From Labilithrix sp. (GTDB taxonomy: Bacteria; Myxococcota_A; Polyangia; Polyangiales; Polyangiaceae): a stretch of DNA of 64,000 bases. This document shows, piece by piece, positions 39,988 through 49,625 of the stretch. Made by a program: the position numbers and the translations under genes. How positions within the stretch are numbered: the first letter of the stretch is position 1; each line of letters begins with the position of its first letter. Location: the NCBI GenBank assembly GCA_026128965.1, contig JAHCIY010000002.1, positions 1,808,468 through 1,872,467 on the forward strand. Reading direction: 5' to 3'. The notes beneath the pieces are model-generated. The model saw only the letters and a program-made list of their open reading frames with translations, ran no database searches and was not told where the DNA came from.

Positions 39988-40674
39988 TCAGAGATCGGGC
40001 AAGGTCCAATCGATCGGCTTCAGGCCCTTCGATTCGAGGAAGGCGTTTGCTTTGGAGAAATGGCGGCAACCGAAGAATCCGCTCTGAGCCGAGAGCGGCG
40101 AGGGATGCGCGGCTTTCAGCACCAGGTGGCGCGACGCATCGACGAAGGAGGCTTTGCGCTGCGCGTAGGACCCCCAGAGCATGAACACGACGGGCTCCGG
40201 CCTCTCATTCACGAGCCGGACGATCGCGTCGGTGAAGCGCTCCCAGCCTTTGCCTTGGTGCGAAGCGGCGCGGCCCATCTCGACGGTGAGCACGCTGTTG
40301 AGCAGGAGCACTCCCTGTTTCGCCCAATGCTCCAGGAACCCATGGCGGGGGCACTCGATGCCGAGATCGGTCTCCAGCTCGCGGTAGATGTTCTCGAGGC
40401 TCGGCGGCAAGCGGACGCCGTGCCGAACCGAGAAGCACAGACCGTGCGCCTGCCCCGCGCCGTGATAGGGATCCTGGCCGAGGACGACGACGCGCACCTG
40501 TTCGAGCGGCGTCAAATCGAGCGCGCGAAAATATTCGCTTCCCTTGGGGAAGATCCGCGCGCCGCGCGCCTTCTCGGCCAGCAGGAAGCGCTTCAGCTCG
40601 GCCATGTAGGGCGCGCCGAGCTCGCCCGCCAAAGGGACCTTCCAGCTCTCGTCCAACCTGATCGCCTCGGTCAT
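39988..40674 (-). CDS. ung: uracil-DNA glycosylase (family 1)
   Basis: VVLGQDPYHGAGQAHGLCFSV, GVLLLNSVLTV and HPSPLSA match the Ung signature motifs. Confidence 0.9.
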   Translation of the reverse strand: MTEAIRLDESWKVPLAGELGAPYMAELKRFLLAEKARGARIFPKGSEYFRALDLTPLEQVRVVVLGQDPYHGAGQAHGLCFSVRHGVRLPPSLENIYRELETDLGIECPRHGFLEHWAKQGVLLLNSVLTVEMGRAASHQGKGWERFTDAIVRLVNERPEPVVFMLWGSYAQRKASFVDASRHLVLKAAHPSPLSAQSGFFGCRHFSKANAFLESKGLKPIDWTLPDL

Positions 40675-40785
40675 CTTTTCGCGATCACTAACGCATGCCC
40701 TCAGCCTCGCCAACCCTCGGCGCCGCCGCGCTCGGCGACGAGCTCACTTGCATGCGCCGAAGCGGTGCGCTAGACACTGAACCGC

Positions 40786-41133
40786 ATGGTTCAGTATTTG
40801 GGTGCCCGCTTGGACGCCTCGTTCGCCGCTCTCTCGGACGCGACCCGGCGCGGCGTTCTGGAGCAGCTCGGGCGCGCCGACGCTTCGATCACGGAGCTTG
40901 CCGAGAAGTTCCACATGACCCTCACGGGCATGAAGAAGCACGTCGGCGTCTTGGAGCGAGCCGGGCTCGTCGCCACGGAGAAGGTCGGGCGCGTGCGGAC
41001 GTGCAAGCTCGGCCCGAGCCGTCTTTTGGCCGAGACGGCATGGATCGAGGGGTACCGCCAGCTCTGGAGCTCACGCTTCGAAGAGCTGGACAAGGTCATC
41101 GAGGAGCTGAAACGGAAGGAGAACGTTCGATGA
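40786..41133 (+). CDS. ArsR/SmtB family transcriptional regulator
   Basis: wHTH region ITELAEKFHMTLTGMKKHVGVLERAGLV. Confidence 0.85.
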   Translation: MVQYLGARLDASFAALSDATRRGVLEQLGRADASITELAEKFHMTLTGMKKHVGVLERAGLVATEKVGRVRTCKLGPSRLLAETAWIEGYRQLWSSRFEELDKVIEELKRKENVR

Positions 41134-41627
41134 ACGCAAGAAAAGACAGTGAGCCCAACCCCACGACGGTGGAGCCGAAGTCCGAGCGCGAAATCGTCGT
41201 CACGCGAACCTTCGACGCTCCGGCTCGCATCGTCTTTCAGGCGTGGACCACTCCCGCGCTGTTCAGGCGGTGGTGGGTACCGAAGTCGATGCCGCTGGCC
41301 CTGCTCTCTTACGAGGCGGATATCCGTACTGGAGGCAGCTACCGACTCGTGTTCGACGTCGACGGCACGAAGACGATGGCGTTCTTTGGCAAGTACATCG
41401 AAGTGACTCCGCACTCACGAATCGTCTGGACGAATGACGAGAGCGGCGAGGACGGGGCCATCACGACGGTGACGCTCGAGGAAGAAGGCGACAAGACTCT
41501 GATGGTGCTGCACGAGCTCTATCGCTCCAAGGAGGCTCGCGATGCCGCCCTCGCCTCCGGGGCATACGACGGGATGGCCGAGACGTTCGGACAACTGGAC
41601 GAGGTGCTCGTCACGCTGCGCGCATAG
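41130..41627 (+). CDS. SRPBCC/AHSA1 (activator of Hsp90 ATPase homolog-like) domain protein
   Basis: REIVVTRTFDAPARIVFQAWTTPALFRRWW is a typical AHSA1 N-terminus. ATGA-coupled to ArsR, a conserved gene pair. Confidence 0.8.
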   Translation: MNARKDSEPNPTTVEPKSEREIVVTRTFDAPARIVFQAWTTPALFRRWWVPKSMPLALLSYEADIRTGGSYRLVFDVDGTKTMAFFGKYIEVTPHSRIVWTNDESGEDGAITTVTLEEEGDKTLMVLHELYRSKEARDAALASGAYDGMAETFGQLDEVLVTLRA

Positions 41628-41886
41628 CGGAAGCTTCCCGACGTCGTGGCGCGCAGGAGCCGAGCGCCTGCAGCGTCTGCCGCGCCCGGGTCGCCGGGAT
41701 CGCCTTTGGGCCCGGCGGCGCTGCCCTGTGCTCTCGGTGCTCCGGTGGCTCCGGCCGCACCCGGATCACCAGTATCGCCTTGTCTCCCGCCGGAACGTCG
41801 CGGGGAATGCCTCCGCCGGAGCGCCGTCTGCCGCGCTCGCGCTCGCCGATCGCTCCGCCGCCGAGCCCGGTGGTGGACCCGCCGCC

Positions 41887-41955
41887 GCGGCGAACGACAC
41901 TACGAGCGGCGCTCGGATCCGCGCGCGCTCGGTGCGGAACGGGGATTCGCTCACC
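41887..41955. repeat. dispersed repeat copy 1 (about 70 bp)
   Basis: gcggcgaacgacactacgagcggcgctcggatccgcgcgcgctcggtgcggaacggggattcgctcacc is about 90% identical to 46800-46868, in the same orientation. Confidence 0.7.
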
Positions 41956-42212
41956 GGGTGACCGGTACGCGCCCGCGTCGTCTTCGCCGCGGCGAAGAAG
42001 AAGTACGGGCTTCCGGTCGACCCGATTGCCGACGTCGAGGCGACACTGTCGTCATGTCGAAGGGGCGCCTCGATCGGTGCCCGCGATCTTGGAGATTGAA
42101 AGAGGTCGGATACTCATTGCAGCATGAAACGATGCGCGTGAACTCGGGCGAGTCTCTTGGTAAGGACGTCCATGGGGACGGGGTGCGGAGGCTCGGTCCG
42201 TCGGCCGGGGGC

Positions 42213-42800
42213 ATGAGGCGGGTGTGGTTCGGGTTGGGGCTTCTCTTCTCGCTGTCGTGTGTCGGCTGCGGCTCGAGCGTCCAAGCGTCGGTGCGGTCGG
42301 CGGAGGCCGCTGCGGCGCGTGGGGAGCTTGGGCAGGCGACGATGAGCTACCAGGCCATCTACCGCGGCAAGGGGGCGGACGACCTGAGCGACTCCCAGCG
42401 CGCGACGGCCGAGGACGTGGTGACGAGGTGGGCCGAGGGTCGCGTGTCGTCCGACGCGAAGAGCATCGTAGGAGAGTTTCCGGGGGTGGTGTCTCGAACG
42501 TTCGTTCCTGCGATCGTCGAGCTTGGGATCCGCGCCAAGGACGTGCCGATGCTCGAGGGGCTCTCGCGTGACCTCGGGAGCTCGCATCGCGGGAGCCTCG
42601 AGGATGCGCTCGTCGCGGCGCCGGCGAAGTGGTCCTTCACGAATGAGGTCTCGCTCGAGCTGCGCACGCTCGCGGCCCTGAAGAAAGAGCACAAGGAGCG
42701 GACGGAGCTCGGGGCACTGCTCGCGCGCAGCAGTGCGTCGAGCTCTTCCTCCGACGCGCGTGACGACTACGCGGGTTGCGGGGCGAGCGAGGCCGGGTGA
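42213..42800 (+). CDS. hypothetical lipoprotein
   Basis: MRRVWFGLGLLFSLSCVGC lipobox. The upstream part of ORF 41646-42800 is artefact. Confidence 0.55.
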   Translation: MRRVWFGLGLLFSLSCVGCGSSVQASVRSAEAAAARGELGQATMSYQAIYRGKGADDLSDSQRATAEDVVTRWAEGRVSSDAKSIVGEFPGVVSRTFVPAIVELGIRAKDVPMLEGLSRDLGSSHRGSLEDALVAAPAKWSFTNEVSLELRTLAALKKEHKERTELGALLARSSASSSSSDARDDYAGCGASEAG

Positions 42801-43621
42801 CGATTGCGCCCGTGCAGATCACGACTCCAGCACCAGAGCGCGCGCTCGAGTTCTGCAGCAGGGGTGGCTTGCTCGTCGGGATGGGGAGCTGGCTCCCGCA
42901 GGCGGACGACGAGCCGTGGCGCCGGCAGGCGAAAGACGAGCCCTGGGGCGAGCACGACGAGGTCATCGGCTGTAGTCGCCTCGTCTGTGGCGATTGCAAG
43001 GTACGGGTCAAGACCTTCGACTGCATGTCCTTCAGCGTCGCGGGCCCCCTCGCGCGCGAAGAGCTCCCCGCGATCTACGAGGGCACGCCGCTCTCGCCCC
43101 CGCGCGTCACGTGGGGCACCCGCGATAGGATCTATCTGTGCAAGTGTTCGATCGCCGAGATCGGCGGTGTCAAGGAGGTTGGTTGGCTCGACCACGCGGA
43201 TGGCTGGTGTTGTGGCGGCCACCCGAACGCGCGTCGACACGTACCGGTCGTGTACCCGTCAGCTGAAGTGCTGGCAGCGAAGCTCGCCGCCCCCACGTCG
43301 TCGCTATGGGAACGCCTGAGCGCGTATCGTCATCCTTATTTGCTCCGCATCGGATGGCCCGCAGTGACGCTCCTGCTCGTCCACGCCGACGCTCGCGTGC
43401 GAGAGCGGGCGCTCGCCTTCGTGGAGGCGTGGACGGTCGGATTTCCGGTCACCTCGTCGCGGCTCCTCGATCTAGCCAAGCGTTGCCCACCCCCGTACGA
43501 CGATGACGACGGCCCCGACCGCCTCGCGCTCGCTCGGGTGCTGGCGCTCCAGGCCGCCCGACTCGAGCCGCGACGCGCGGTCATCGAACACGCGCTGCGT
43601 GTGCTCCGAGGCGACGAATGA
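42797..43621 (+). CDS. Cys-rich hypothetical protein
   Basis: A GTG start overlaps the upstream stop; an ATG at 42776 is the alternative. Multiple CxxC-like pairs. Confidence 0.5.
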   Translation: MTIAPVQITTPAPERALEFCSRGGLLVGMGSWLPQADDEPWRRQAKDEPWGEHDEVIGCSRLVCGDCKVRVKTFDCMSFSVAGPLAREELPAIYEGTPLSPPRVTWGTRDRIYLCKCSIAEIGGVKEVGWLDHADGWCCGGHPNARRHVPVVYPSAEVLAAKLAAPTSSLWERLSAYRHPYLLRIGWPAVTLLLVHADARVRERALAFVEAWTVGFPVTSSRLLDLAKRCPPPYDDDDGPDRLALARVLALQAARLEPRRAVIEHALRVLRGDE

Positions 43622-43818
43622 GGTGCGCCGAGGTCTATATGGTCGCGCTCGATCTGGTGCTCCCCGAGGATCCCTCGGTTCGCAACACGGGGAGCGGGCC
43701 CACGCTTCTACGCGTCCGCCGATCCGGCGAGCTCTCCGCTCTTCGACGCGACGCCTCTTGGGATTGCTGCGGCCATGAACGCCCCGACGAAGCAAGCTGC
43801 GGTCACGGGAGACCATGA
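43618..43818 (+). CDS. small Cys-containing ORF, translationally coupled on both sides
   Basis: ATGA overlaps at 43618 and 43815. Confidence 0.3.
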   Translation: MRCAEVYMVALDLVLPEDPSVRNTGSGPTLLRVRRSGELSALRRDASWDCCGHERPDEASCGHGRP

Positions 43819-45017
43819 AGATCCTCAGAGCCAACGGCAAGTTCGGTTTTCAAGACGAGCAGGGCAAGGTCCTCGTCACTCCGAAGTACGACCACGCGGT
43901 GGAGCCACCTGAAGGCGAAGGGCTCGGCATCGTCTGCCTCGGCGGAGGTCTGTGTGACCGGTCGGACAACCACGAACCCACGCGGCTCGAGCACCTCGGC
44001 GGAAAATGGGGCGCCGTCGACGAACGCGGTGACGAGGTGGTTCCGCTCGAGTACGACGAGCTCGGACACGCAGGACATCGCATCCTGATCGCCAATCGAG
44101 GCGCGCGCATCGGGTTGCTCGACGAGCGTGGGACGGTCATCACGCCTATCGAATACTCGTGGATCGCCCCGTTCTCGGAGGGGCTGGCGATGTGCAGGCG
44201 CGCCGAGGGCGAACAGCGGAACGGCTACCTCGACACGACCGGTGCGGTCGCCATCCCCTGCGAGTACGCCGACGCGCTGACCTTCAGCGAAGGTCGTGCG
44301 CTGGTCGCCGACGCGGACTGGAACCACGGCGTCCTCGACCGCGCGGGCCGCGCCATCATTCCCTGCCTCTACGAGAGGCATGTCCTGTTCAAAGACGGAA
44401 TTGCCGTCGTCAAACGTGACGGTAAATACGGTATCGTCGACGAAGTCGGCGCAGAGGTGGTTCCTTGTATCTACGAGGCTATCGGTCAGTTCAGCGAAGC
44501 TCGCGCGGCCTTCAAGCTTGACGGCAAATGGGGTTATCTCAACCACGCTGGCGAGATGGTGATCGCCGCACGGTTCGATGACTACCTCGGCGGCCCTTCT
44601 GCGTTCGACAAGGGGCGCGCCCGCGTGCGCTTGAACGGGCGCGAGCTCTTCATCAACAACAAGGGCGCGGAGCTCAACGCGAAGAAGCCGCCGCGGACGA
44701 GCCTGGAGGTACTGCGACGCTACGGCCAAAGCGATCCGGAGCGGGCGCAACTATTCGACGAGCTCCAGCCTTGGGTGACCGCTCCGCCCTCCGACGAACG
44801 CGATCGGCAGCTCGTCGCCGAGCTGCTCGCGGAGACGACCGCGTGGGTGGCCTCCCACAACTCCTATGGCATGCCCTTCGCGCAGTATTCAATCGGCTGG
44901 CTGCGCGAGAGCCTCGTGAAGCAGTTTCTCACCACCCTCTCGGGCCCCCTCGCCGACCCCCAGAAGGGTCCGCTGCAGCTCCTCTACCGCCTCCACGGAC
45001 TCGGGCGGGCGCAATGA
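43815..45017 (+). CDS. WG-repeat containing protein
   Basis: Repeated GKWG/GKYG...VVP..Y blocks, at least 6 copies, typical of WG beta repeats. Confidence 0.75.
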   Translation: MKILRANGKFGFQDEQGKVLVTPKYDHAVEPPEGEGLGIVCLGGGLCDRSDNHEPTRLEHLGGKWGAVDERGDEVVPLEYDELGHAGHRILIANRGARIGLLDERGTVITPIEYSWIAPFSEGLAMCRRAEGEQRNGYLDTTGAVAIPCEYADALTFSEGRALVADADWNHGVLDRAGRAIIPCLYERHVLFKDGIAVVKRDGKYGIVDEVGAEVVPCIYEAIGQFSEARAAFKLDGKWGYLNHAGEMVIAARFDDYLGGPSAFDKGRARVRLNGRELFINNKGAELNAKKPPRTSLEVLRRYGQSDPERAQLFDELQPWVTAPPSDERDRQLVAELLAETTAWVASHNSYGMPFAQYSIGWLRESLVKQFLTTLSGPLADPQKGPLQLLYRLHGLGRAQ

Positions 45018-45140
45018 AGTGCTCTCACCGCGAAGCATGGGCGCGCGCAGCTTCGGCAACCGTCCTCTCGGCGCATGGGCGACGGTCGTGCTGGACGTAC
45101 GCCTCCGCGTCCTCTCGACGACGAACGTCGTCGCGTCACT

Positions 45141-45344
45141 TCACCATCGCTCCGTCGCATCGCTCGCCTCGGCGACGGCGCGGAGGCGGAGGAGCTTCGC
45201 GATCGCCTGGCCTCGCGCGCCGTCGACCTCGACCTTCTTCGTCTCCGGGCAAAAGAAGACGTGCTCGCCCAGGAGCGTTCGGGCCATCATCGAGCGCGCG
45301 TTCGGCGCCACGACCTCAAGCTGGGTGTCGCCGCCAACGTACAC
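45141..45344 (-). CDS. small hypothetical protein; possibly the frameshifted C-terminal part of a gene of about 110 aa continuing from 45316-45470
   Basis: Protein-like composition (YVGGDTQLEVVAPNARSMMARTLLGEHVFFCPETKKVEVDG). Overlaps by 29 nt an upstream small ORF that is also protein-like. Confidence 0.3.
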   Translation of the reverse strand: MYVGGDTQLEVVAPNARSMMARTLLGEHVFFCPETKKVEVDGARGQAIAKLLRLRAVAEASDATERW

Positions 45345-45593
45345 GACCGTTGGCGAGCATCGCGATGCGGTAGCGGTCCGCGAGCACCATCCCCGCGGTG
45401 GGTACGGGCACCGGCGGCGTCAGGGCCCGCGCCCGTGCTACCTCGAGGTGCTCACGAGGCCGATAGGCCATGTGCGAGCGCGGACAAGGCGCGCTCGCGT
45501 CCACACCTGTTGACGAGCGCGAAGATCCGGAGAAATCGGAGCAAGCCGCAGCAGGACCGACGCGGGAAGGGTCGGTCCTGCTGCGATCGTCGA

Positions 45594-45896
45594 CTACGTC
45601 GCGGCGCGCTCGCCGAGGCGTAGCGCGTGAGCGCGAACGCCGTGAAGGACGGTGGCATGATCGCGACGGAAGAGGCGGCCGATCTCCTCGAAGCTGAAGA
45701 AGCGATCGGCGTGATGGCGGAGAGACCACCAGAGCTCGTGACGAGCGCGCACGATAGCCTTCGTCCGCATGACGCCGCAGACGTCGTCGCGGGTGACGGC
45801 GCGGCGGCGGCAGATGTCGTCGAGGAGCGCGAGGAGGTCGCGTTCCTGCGGCGAGCGGAGCACGAGACCGGACGCGGAGACTCCGCTCGCGATCAT
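45594..45896 (-). CDS. DnaA C-terminal-like HTH domain protein
   Basis: RTKAIVRARHELWWSLRHHADRFFSFEEIGRLFRRDHATVLHGV resembles the DnaA domain IV HTH. Confidence 0.45.
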   Translation of the reverse strand: MIASGVSASGLVLRSPQERDLLALLDDICRRRAVTRDDVCGVMRTKAIVRARHELWWSLRHHADRFFSFEEIGRLFRRDHATVLHGVRAHALRLGERAAT

Positions 45897-45933
45897 CGCC
45901 GCCGCTCCTTCCTTGCCTGCGGTCGCCGAGCGG

Positions 45934-46253
45934 CTAGCCGTCCAGTCCGAGTACATCGAGGAGGGCGCGCCGCACGTCGCCCCAACGCGCCTCCGGCATC
46001 GTTGCGATGAGCGGGCCGAGGTGGGGGCGGTCGACAATCCGAATCCACTCGGGTTTGAGAACGCAGGTCGACGGAAGCCCATCGGGCTGCCGAGGGACAC
46101 CTCCCATGCGAGCCCACGCACCTGACTCGAGATCGGAATGACGGGGATCTGCGCGAGTGATGGCAGCACGTCATCACGGCCGAGCACGAGGACCGGCCGC
46201 CGCTTGTCGGGGAGCGAGAACCGAAACCATCGGATTTGGCCGCGCCGAATCAC
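45934..46253 (-). pseudogene. mazF: MazF/PemK-family toxin with single-nt frameshift
   Basis: N-terminus IRRGQIRWFRFSLPDKRRPVLVLGRDDVLPSLAQIPVIPISSQ matches the PemK fold. After SPMG the reading shifts frame to LPSTCVLKPEWIRIVDRPHLGPLIATMPEARWGDVRRALLDVLGLDG-stop. Span is 320 nt, not a multiple of 3. Confidence 0.65.
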
Positions 46254-46480
46254 GGGAACTCCGGGTCGTCATCCTCGTCCACGATGGGTCCGTCGGGTGA
46301 TCGGACGAGCCACGCGTCCCACGCTGCCTGCAGCATCTTCGGGTCGGCGGACTCATCGACCGTCTCGACGATGAGTCGAACGCGCTGGCCTTCCAGCTCG
46401 GGGACGGGGGCGTCGAGCTCGATCACCGCACCGTGAACGCGCCCGAGTAAAGCTGCCGACATGGATGCAGCGTATCGCAC
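46250..46480 (-). CDS. putative cognate antitoxin
   Basis: 76-aa ORF whose stop overlaps the mazF-like start. Acidic C-terminus. Confidence 0.4.
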   Translation of the reverse strand: MRYAASMSAALLGRVHGAVIELDAPVPELEGQRVRLIVETVDESADPKMLQAAWDAWLVRSPDGPIVDEDDDPEFP

Positions 46481-46799
46481 GAACGACTTCTATTGAATCG
46501 AGCTGGGAACTCGAGAGGTCGGTCGCGGCGAGGCGCTCGCCGCGCCGCCCACCAAACCTGCCTCATCCCTCGCGTCGCGCCTTCGCCTCACGTCGTGCCG
46601 CTCGGCGATCTCCGCGGAGACGATGTCGCCGTGGACCCATTGCGGGTTCGCCCGAGCTTCGGCGATAGCGCGACGCTCTTCGTCGCTCATCGGGCGGTCG
46701 GCCCGCCGCGCGATGTGCATCGCATCGACCTCGCCAAGTGCTCCGTCGGCGAGAACGACCTCGCCATGTGGCGAAACGAGCAGCGCGGCTCCGGCGGCA

Positions 46800-46868
46800 G
46801 CGGCGAACGACATCACGACCGGCGCTCGGATCCGCGCGCGCTCGGTGAGGAACGGGGACTCGCTCACC
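46800..46868. repeat. dispersed repeat copy 2 (about 70 bp)
   Basis: See copy 1 at 41887-41955. Confidence 0.7.
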
Positions 46869-46958
46869 CCATCGAGTGTAGCTCGCCGCCGACCTACCGC
46901 AGAGGGGCCATCGCGCCGCGCGAAAAGTTCGCGCCGCCGCCTCGACGACGAGCGCGCC

Positions 46959-47287
46959 ATGCCATACTTCGATCTTATCGGCATCTCACTCGGCGACGTT
47001 GCGCGCGCCGCATTCGAGGATCTCATGGCCCAGGCAACTACGAGTTCCAGAGCGACTTCTTCAAGAAGCACCTCAAGGAGCACCGCGCCGCGGGCAAGGC
47101 GGACGGCGAAGCGACCGCCGTGCTCACCGTCCTCGACGCGCGCGGCATCGCCGTCTCCGCCGAGCAGAAGGAGCGCATCCTCGGCTGTTCTGACGTGGCG
47201 CTCCTCGACCGCTGGATCCGCAAGGCGGTGATTGTCGCCTCGGCCGAAGAGATTGGAGCTTCTTGCGCCCCGTCTCCTCGTCGCTGA
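46959..47287 (+). pseudogene. fragment of Rpn/YhgA-like (PD-(D/E)XK nuclease family) gene with DUF4351-like C-terminal region
   Basis: ATAVLTVLDARGIAVSAEQKERILGCSDVALLDRWIRKAVIVASAEEI matches the DUF4351 C-terminal pattern (LL..L..RFG.L....RI....D...L..W..R...A.SLEE). There is an internal frame change after EDLMAQ, and no N-terminal nuclease domain is present. Confidence 0.45.
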
Positions 47288-47696
47288 CAAAGCGCTTTGA
47301 GCAATACTCTCACGCCAGGTATTGGTCGCTGTCCGTTCCGTCTCAGAGGCATCCCGGTCTGTGTAGGCGTGTGCACGGCCCGACGGACCATGCTGCATCG
47401 GGTAGGGCTCGATAGGGCTCGATAGCGGCAAATCCACAGCCTGTTCCAATCCCGGTCCCAACGATCCGGTCTTCTTCGACCCCGACGCCGATCAGCCGAC
47501 GCCCGACCCGAACGCATTGGAGGCGGCGGCGGTGGAGGCTGGGGTCCGCCCCGAGATCGCTTTCGCGATTGCGAAGACGGGAGTGATACTCATGGAGGAG
47601 AACCAGCATCTCTACTCGGAGGAGGACAAGGGGGAGTTCTGGGGGGCCGTCGAGGAATATCGCGAGAGAGCGAAGCGACACGACGCGTGAGCCCGA

Positions 47697-48266
47697 TCAA
47701 TCGGGGTTCCGTTCATCTTTCCGAGCCCTTGCCTTCAACTCGTACGCCCGTTCGATGATCGCGGTCATCTCGGGGCCCTTCAAGTACGGTGCTATCCAAC
47801 GAAGCCGTTGATCCTCCCAGCTCGGGTTCGGCTTGCGCCAGTGTCCTCGCACCCAGAAGCGCTTCTCGATCTTATGTCCAGGTCGGCCCGCTGGAAGGGC
47901 GCTTGTATCCGTCGGCGGACCGACGAGGATGCGGTTCGGGAGAAAGAACACGGTCTCGCCAGACAACTCGAGGGGTTTGCCGCGTGGACCGAGCATGCCG
48001 GGTGCGGGCGGTCGTCGAACCTCCGAGGTGAACTCACTCGATGTCGCGTAGAGCACGGCGTTGATCACGAGGTGCAGGAGGTCACGCATCTCCTTGCTGT
48101 CGAAGAACGGATCCTTTGGTCTCTCCGGCTCGTCGGGCTCGGGATGGCTCGCGAGGATCTCATCGAGGTTTCGCTTGCCTTCGAGAGGAACTTCGCGCGT
48201 CACGAGGTACGGCCAATCGCCGTCGAAGGCGTCGGCAAGAAACGCAACCCGGAGCTCACTCGGCAA
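47697..48266 (-). CDS. hypothetical protein; TTG start overlapping upstream stop, or frameshifted continuation of 48256-48582
   Basis: Protein-like sequence (WVRGHWRKPNPSWEDQRLRWIAPYLKGPE). Confidence 0.4.
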   Translation of the reverse strand: MPSELRVAFLADAFDGDWPYLVTREVPLEGKRNLDEILASHPEPDEPERPKDPFFDSKEMRDLLHLVINAVLYATSSEFTSEVRRPPAPGMLGPRGKPLELSGETVFFLPNRILVGPPTDTSALPAGRPGHKIEKRFWVRGHWRKPNPSWEDQRLRWIAPYLKGPEMTAIIERAYELKARARKDERNPD

Positions 48267-48582
48267 GGGTGCAGAGACACTGCACGTTGGCGAGGGCCAG
48301 GTCTCTACTCCAGCCGAAGCCTTGTGTCTCGAGGGCGAAGCGGCCGTCCAACATCGCCACAAACTCTGGATCGGAGCCGATGTCCTGCTCCTCGGCGAGG
48401 ATCGGAACGGCACCAGGAGAGGGGCGCATTCGCTCGATGAGCTTGCGAACGACGTCCGCCCAGGGCGGGGCCACGAGCACCATCGTCTCGTGCGCGAGCC
48501 TTCGCGGATGGGCGGCGATCGCGTCCCGTCGCTTCCGGTCGCGACGCTTCTGCTTCGACGTGCGACTCCGCGACTTCGCCAT
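48256..48582 (-). CDS. hypothetical protein with basic N-terminus
   Basis: MAKSRSRTSKQKRRDRKRRD..., then a protein-like sequence. Confidence 0.4.
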   Translation of the reverse strand: MAKSRSRTSKQKRRDRKRRDAIAAHPRRLAHETMVLVAPPWADVVRKLIERMRPSPGAVPILAEEQDIGSDPEFVAMLDGRFALETQGFGWSRDLALANVQCLCTLAE

Positions 48583-48614
48583 GGCGGTCCGACCTGTCAC
48601 TCTGTCGTGCCCGG

Positions 48615-49455
48615 TCAGGGCGCCCGACGCGTCGCTCTCACAGCCCGTCTCGGCGCCTTCTCCCGGGCTGCGGCCTTGCTCCGTGCGGCCCGTTTTGGCC
48701 AGGGCGGGCATTCCACGTGGAGCGCGGCGTAGACATAGAAGTCCGTGTCGCCACCCTCGTTGCCGAAATAGCCCGTCGCGCTGTATTCGCAGCCGTGGAA
48801 GTGTTGCACAGCCGGCCGATCGGGAACCGGATTGTCGATCTCCTCCGCGCTCATCGGTGCCGGTAGTTGCTCCTCGACCTTGCGTGCCCAGTCGAAGCTG
48901 CGTGGTGCCCCGCGGTGGGTGACGAGGAGCTGCCCGCCGCGGAAGCGGGCGGGCAGGCACACGACGAGCGTCCCGAGCATGTCGTCGCCACGGGGAGTGT
49001 CCTTGTGCGGCTCGAAGTGGCCTCCCTGCGAGTAGACGTTCAGACAGTACAGCTCTGCGGTCAGCGGGTTGGGATCGTGCGGCACGAACTCGCGTCTCAC
49101 GCTCTCGAGCACACCGGATTCAACGGGATCGAAGCCCGCGACCGAGAACGCGCCGCCTTCCGCCTTGAGCTGGCGGGCGTCACGCACGGACCTGCCGAAC
49201 AGCGTTCTCTTGCCCTTTCCGAACGGGGCGGGGGCGCAGCGCTCGACGAGATCCTCGACGGCGGGATCGCGATCGCGTTCTCCGGCTGCGCGGCGAATGG
49301 GGACCTCCAGCCCGTTCTTCAGGTGCAGCGTCACCGCCTTGCTCGGCACCAGGGTGCCACCGCACGCGAACGGCATCGTGACGCCGTGGACGAGATCCGA
49401 GAGCTCGGTCAGGAGCTGGGCTTCGCGTTCATTGCTGGCAGTTTCTCTCGCACGC
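48615..49455 (-). CDS. 2OG-Fe(II) oxygenase superfamily protein
   Basis: YSQGGHFEPHKDTP carries the H-x-D iron-binding motif. LGTLVVCLPARFRGGQLLVTH matches the distal His/Arg region. Confidence 0.65.
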
Positions 49456-49589
49456 ATGGCGCTGGAGACGGCTTCTATCAGTCGCGCGCGTCGTCTCCAA
49501 CGTCCGGCGGTCCACACCACTCGCCACACCAGTCCGGCCCGGCGCCACACCACCGGTCCGACCATCCTGGCGTAACGCTCCGTTACGTC

Positions 49590-49621
49590 CAGAAACGCGA
49601 AAGGCCGCCATCGGCGGCCTT
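49590..49621 (-). terminator. stem-loop immediately 3' of the tRNA-Gly fragment (putative native tRNA terminator)
   Basis: aggccgcc-atcg-ggcggcct is a perfect 8-bp stem, followed on the minus strand by ttcgcgtttct. A second hairpin cgtaacg-gagc-cgttacg lies at 49571-49588. Confidence 0.4.
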
Positions 49622-49625
49622 CGAG

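Noticed and set aside
46490-47461. 323-aa minus ORF across the Rpn-fragment region
   Set aside because: Mostly antisense. A short stretch (MHIARRADRPMSDEERRAIAEARANPQWV...) looks protein-like but has no clear start, stop or homology, so it was not called.
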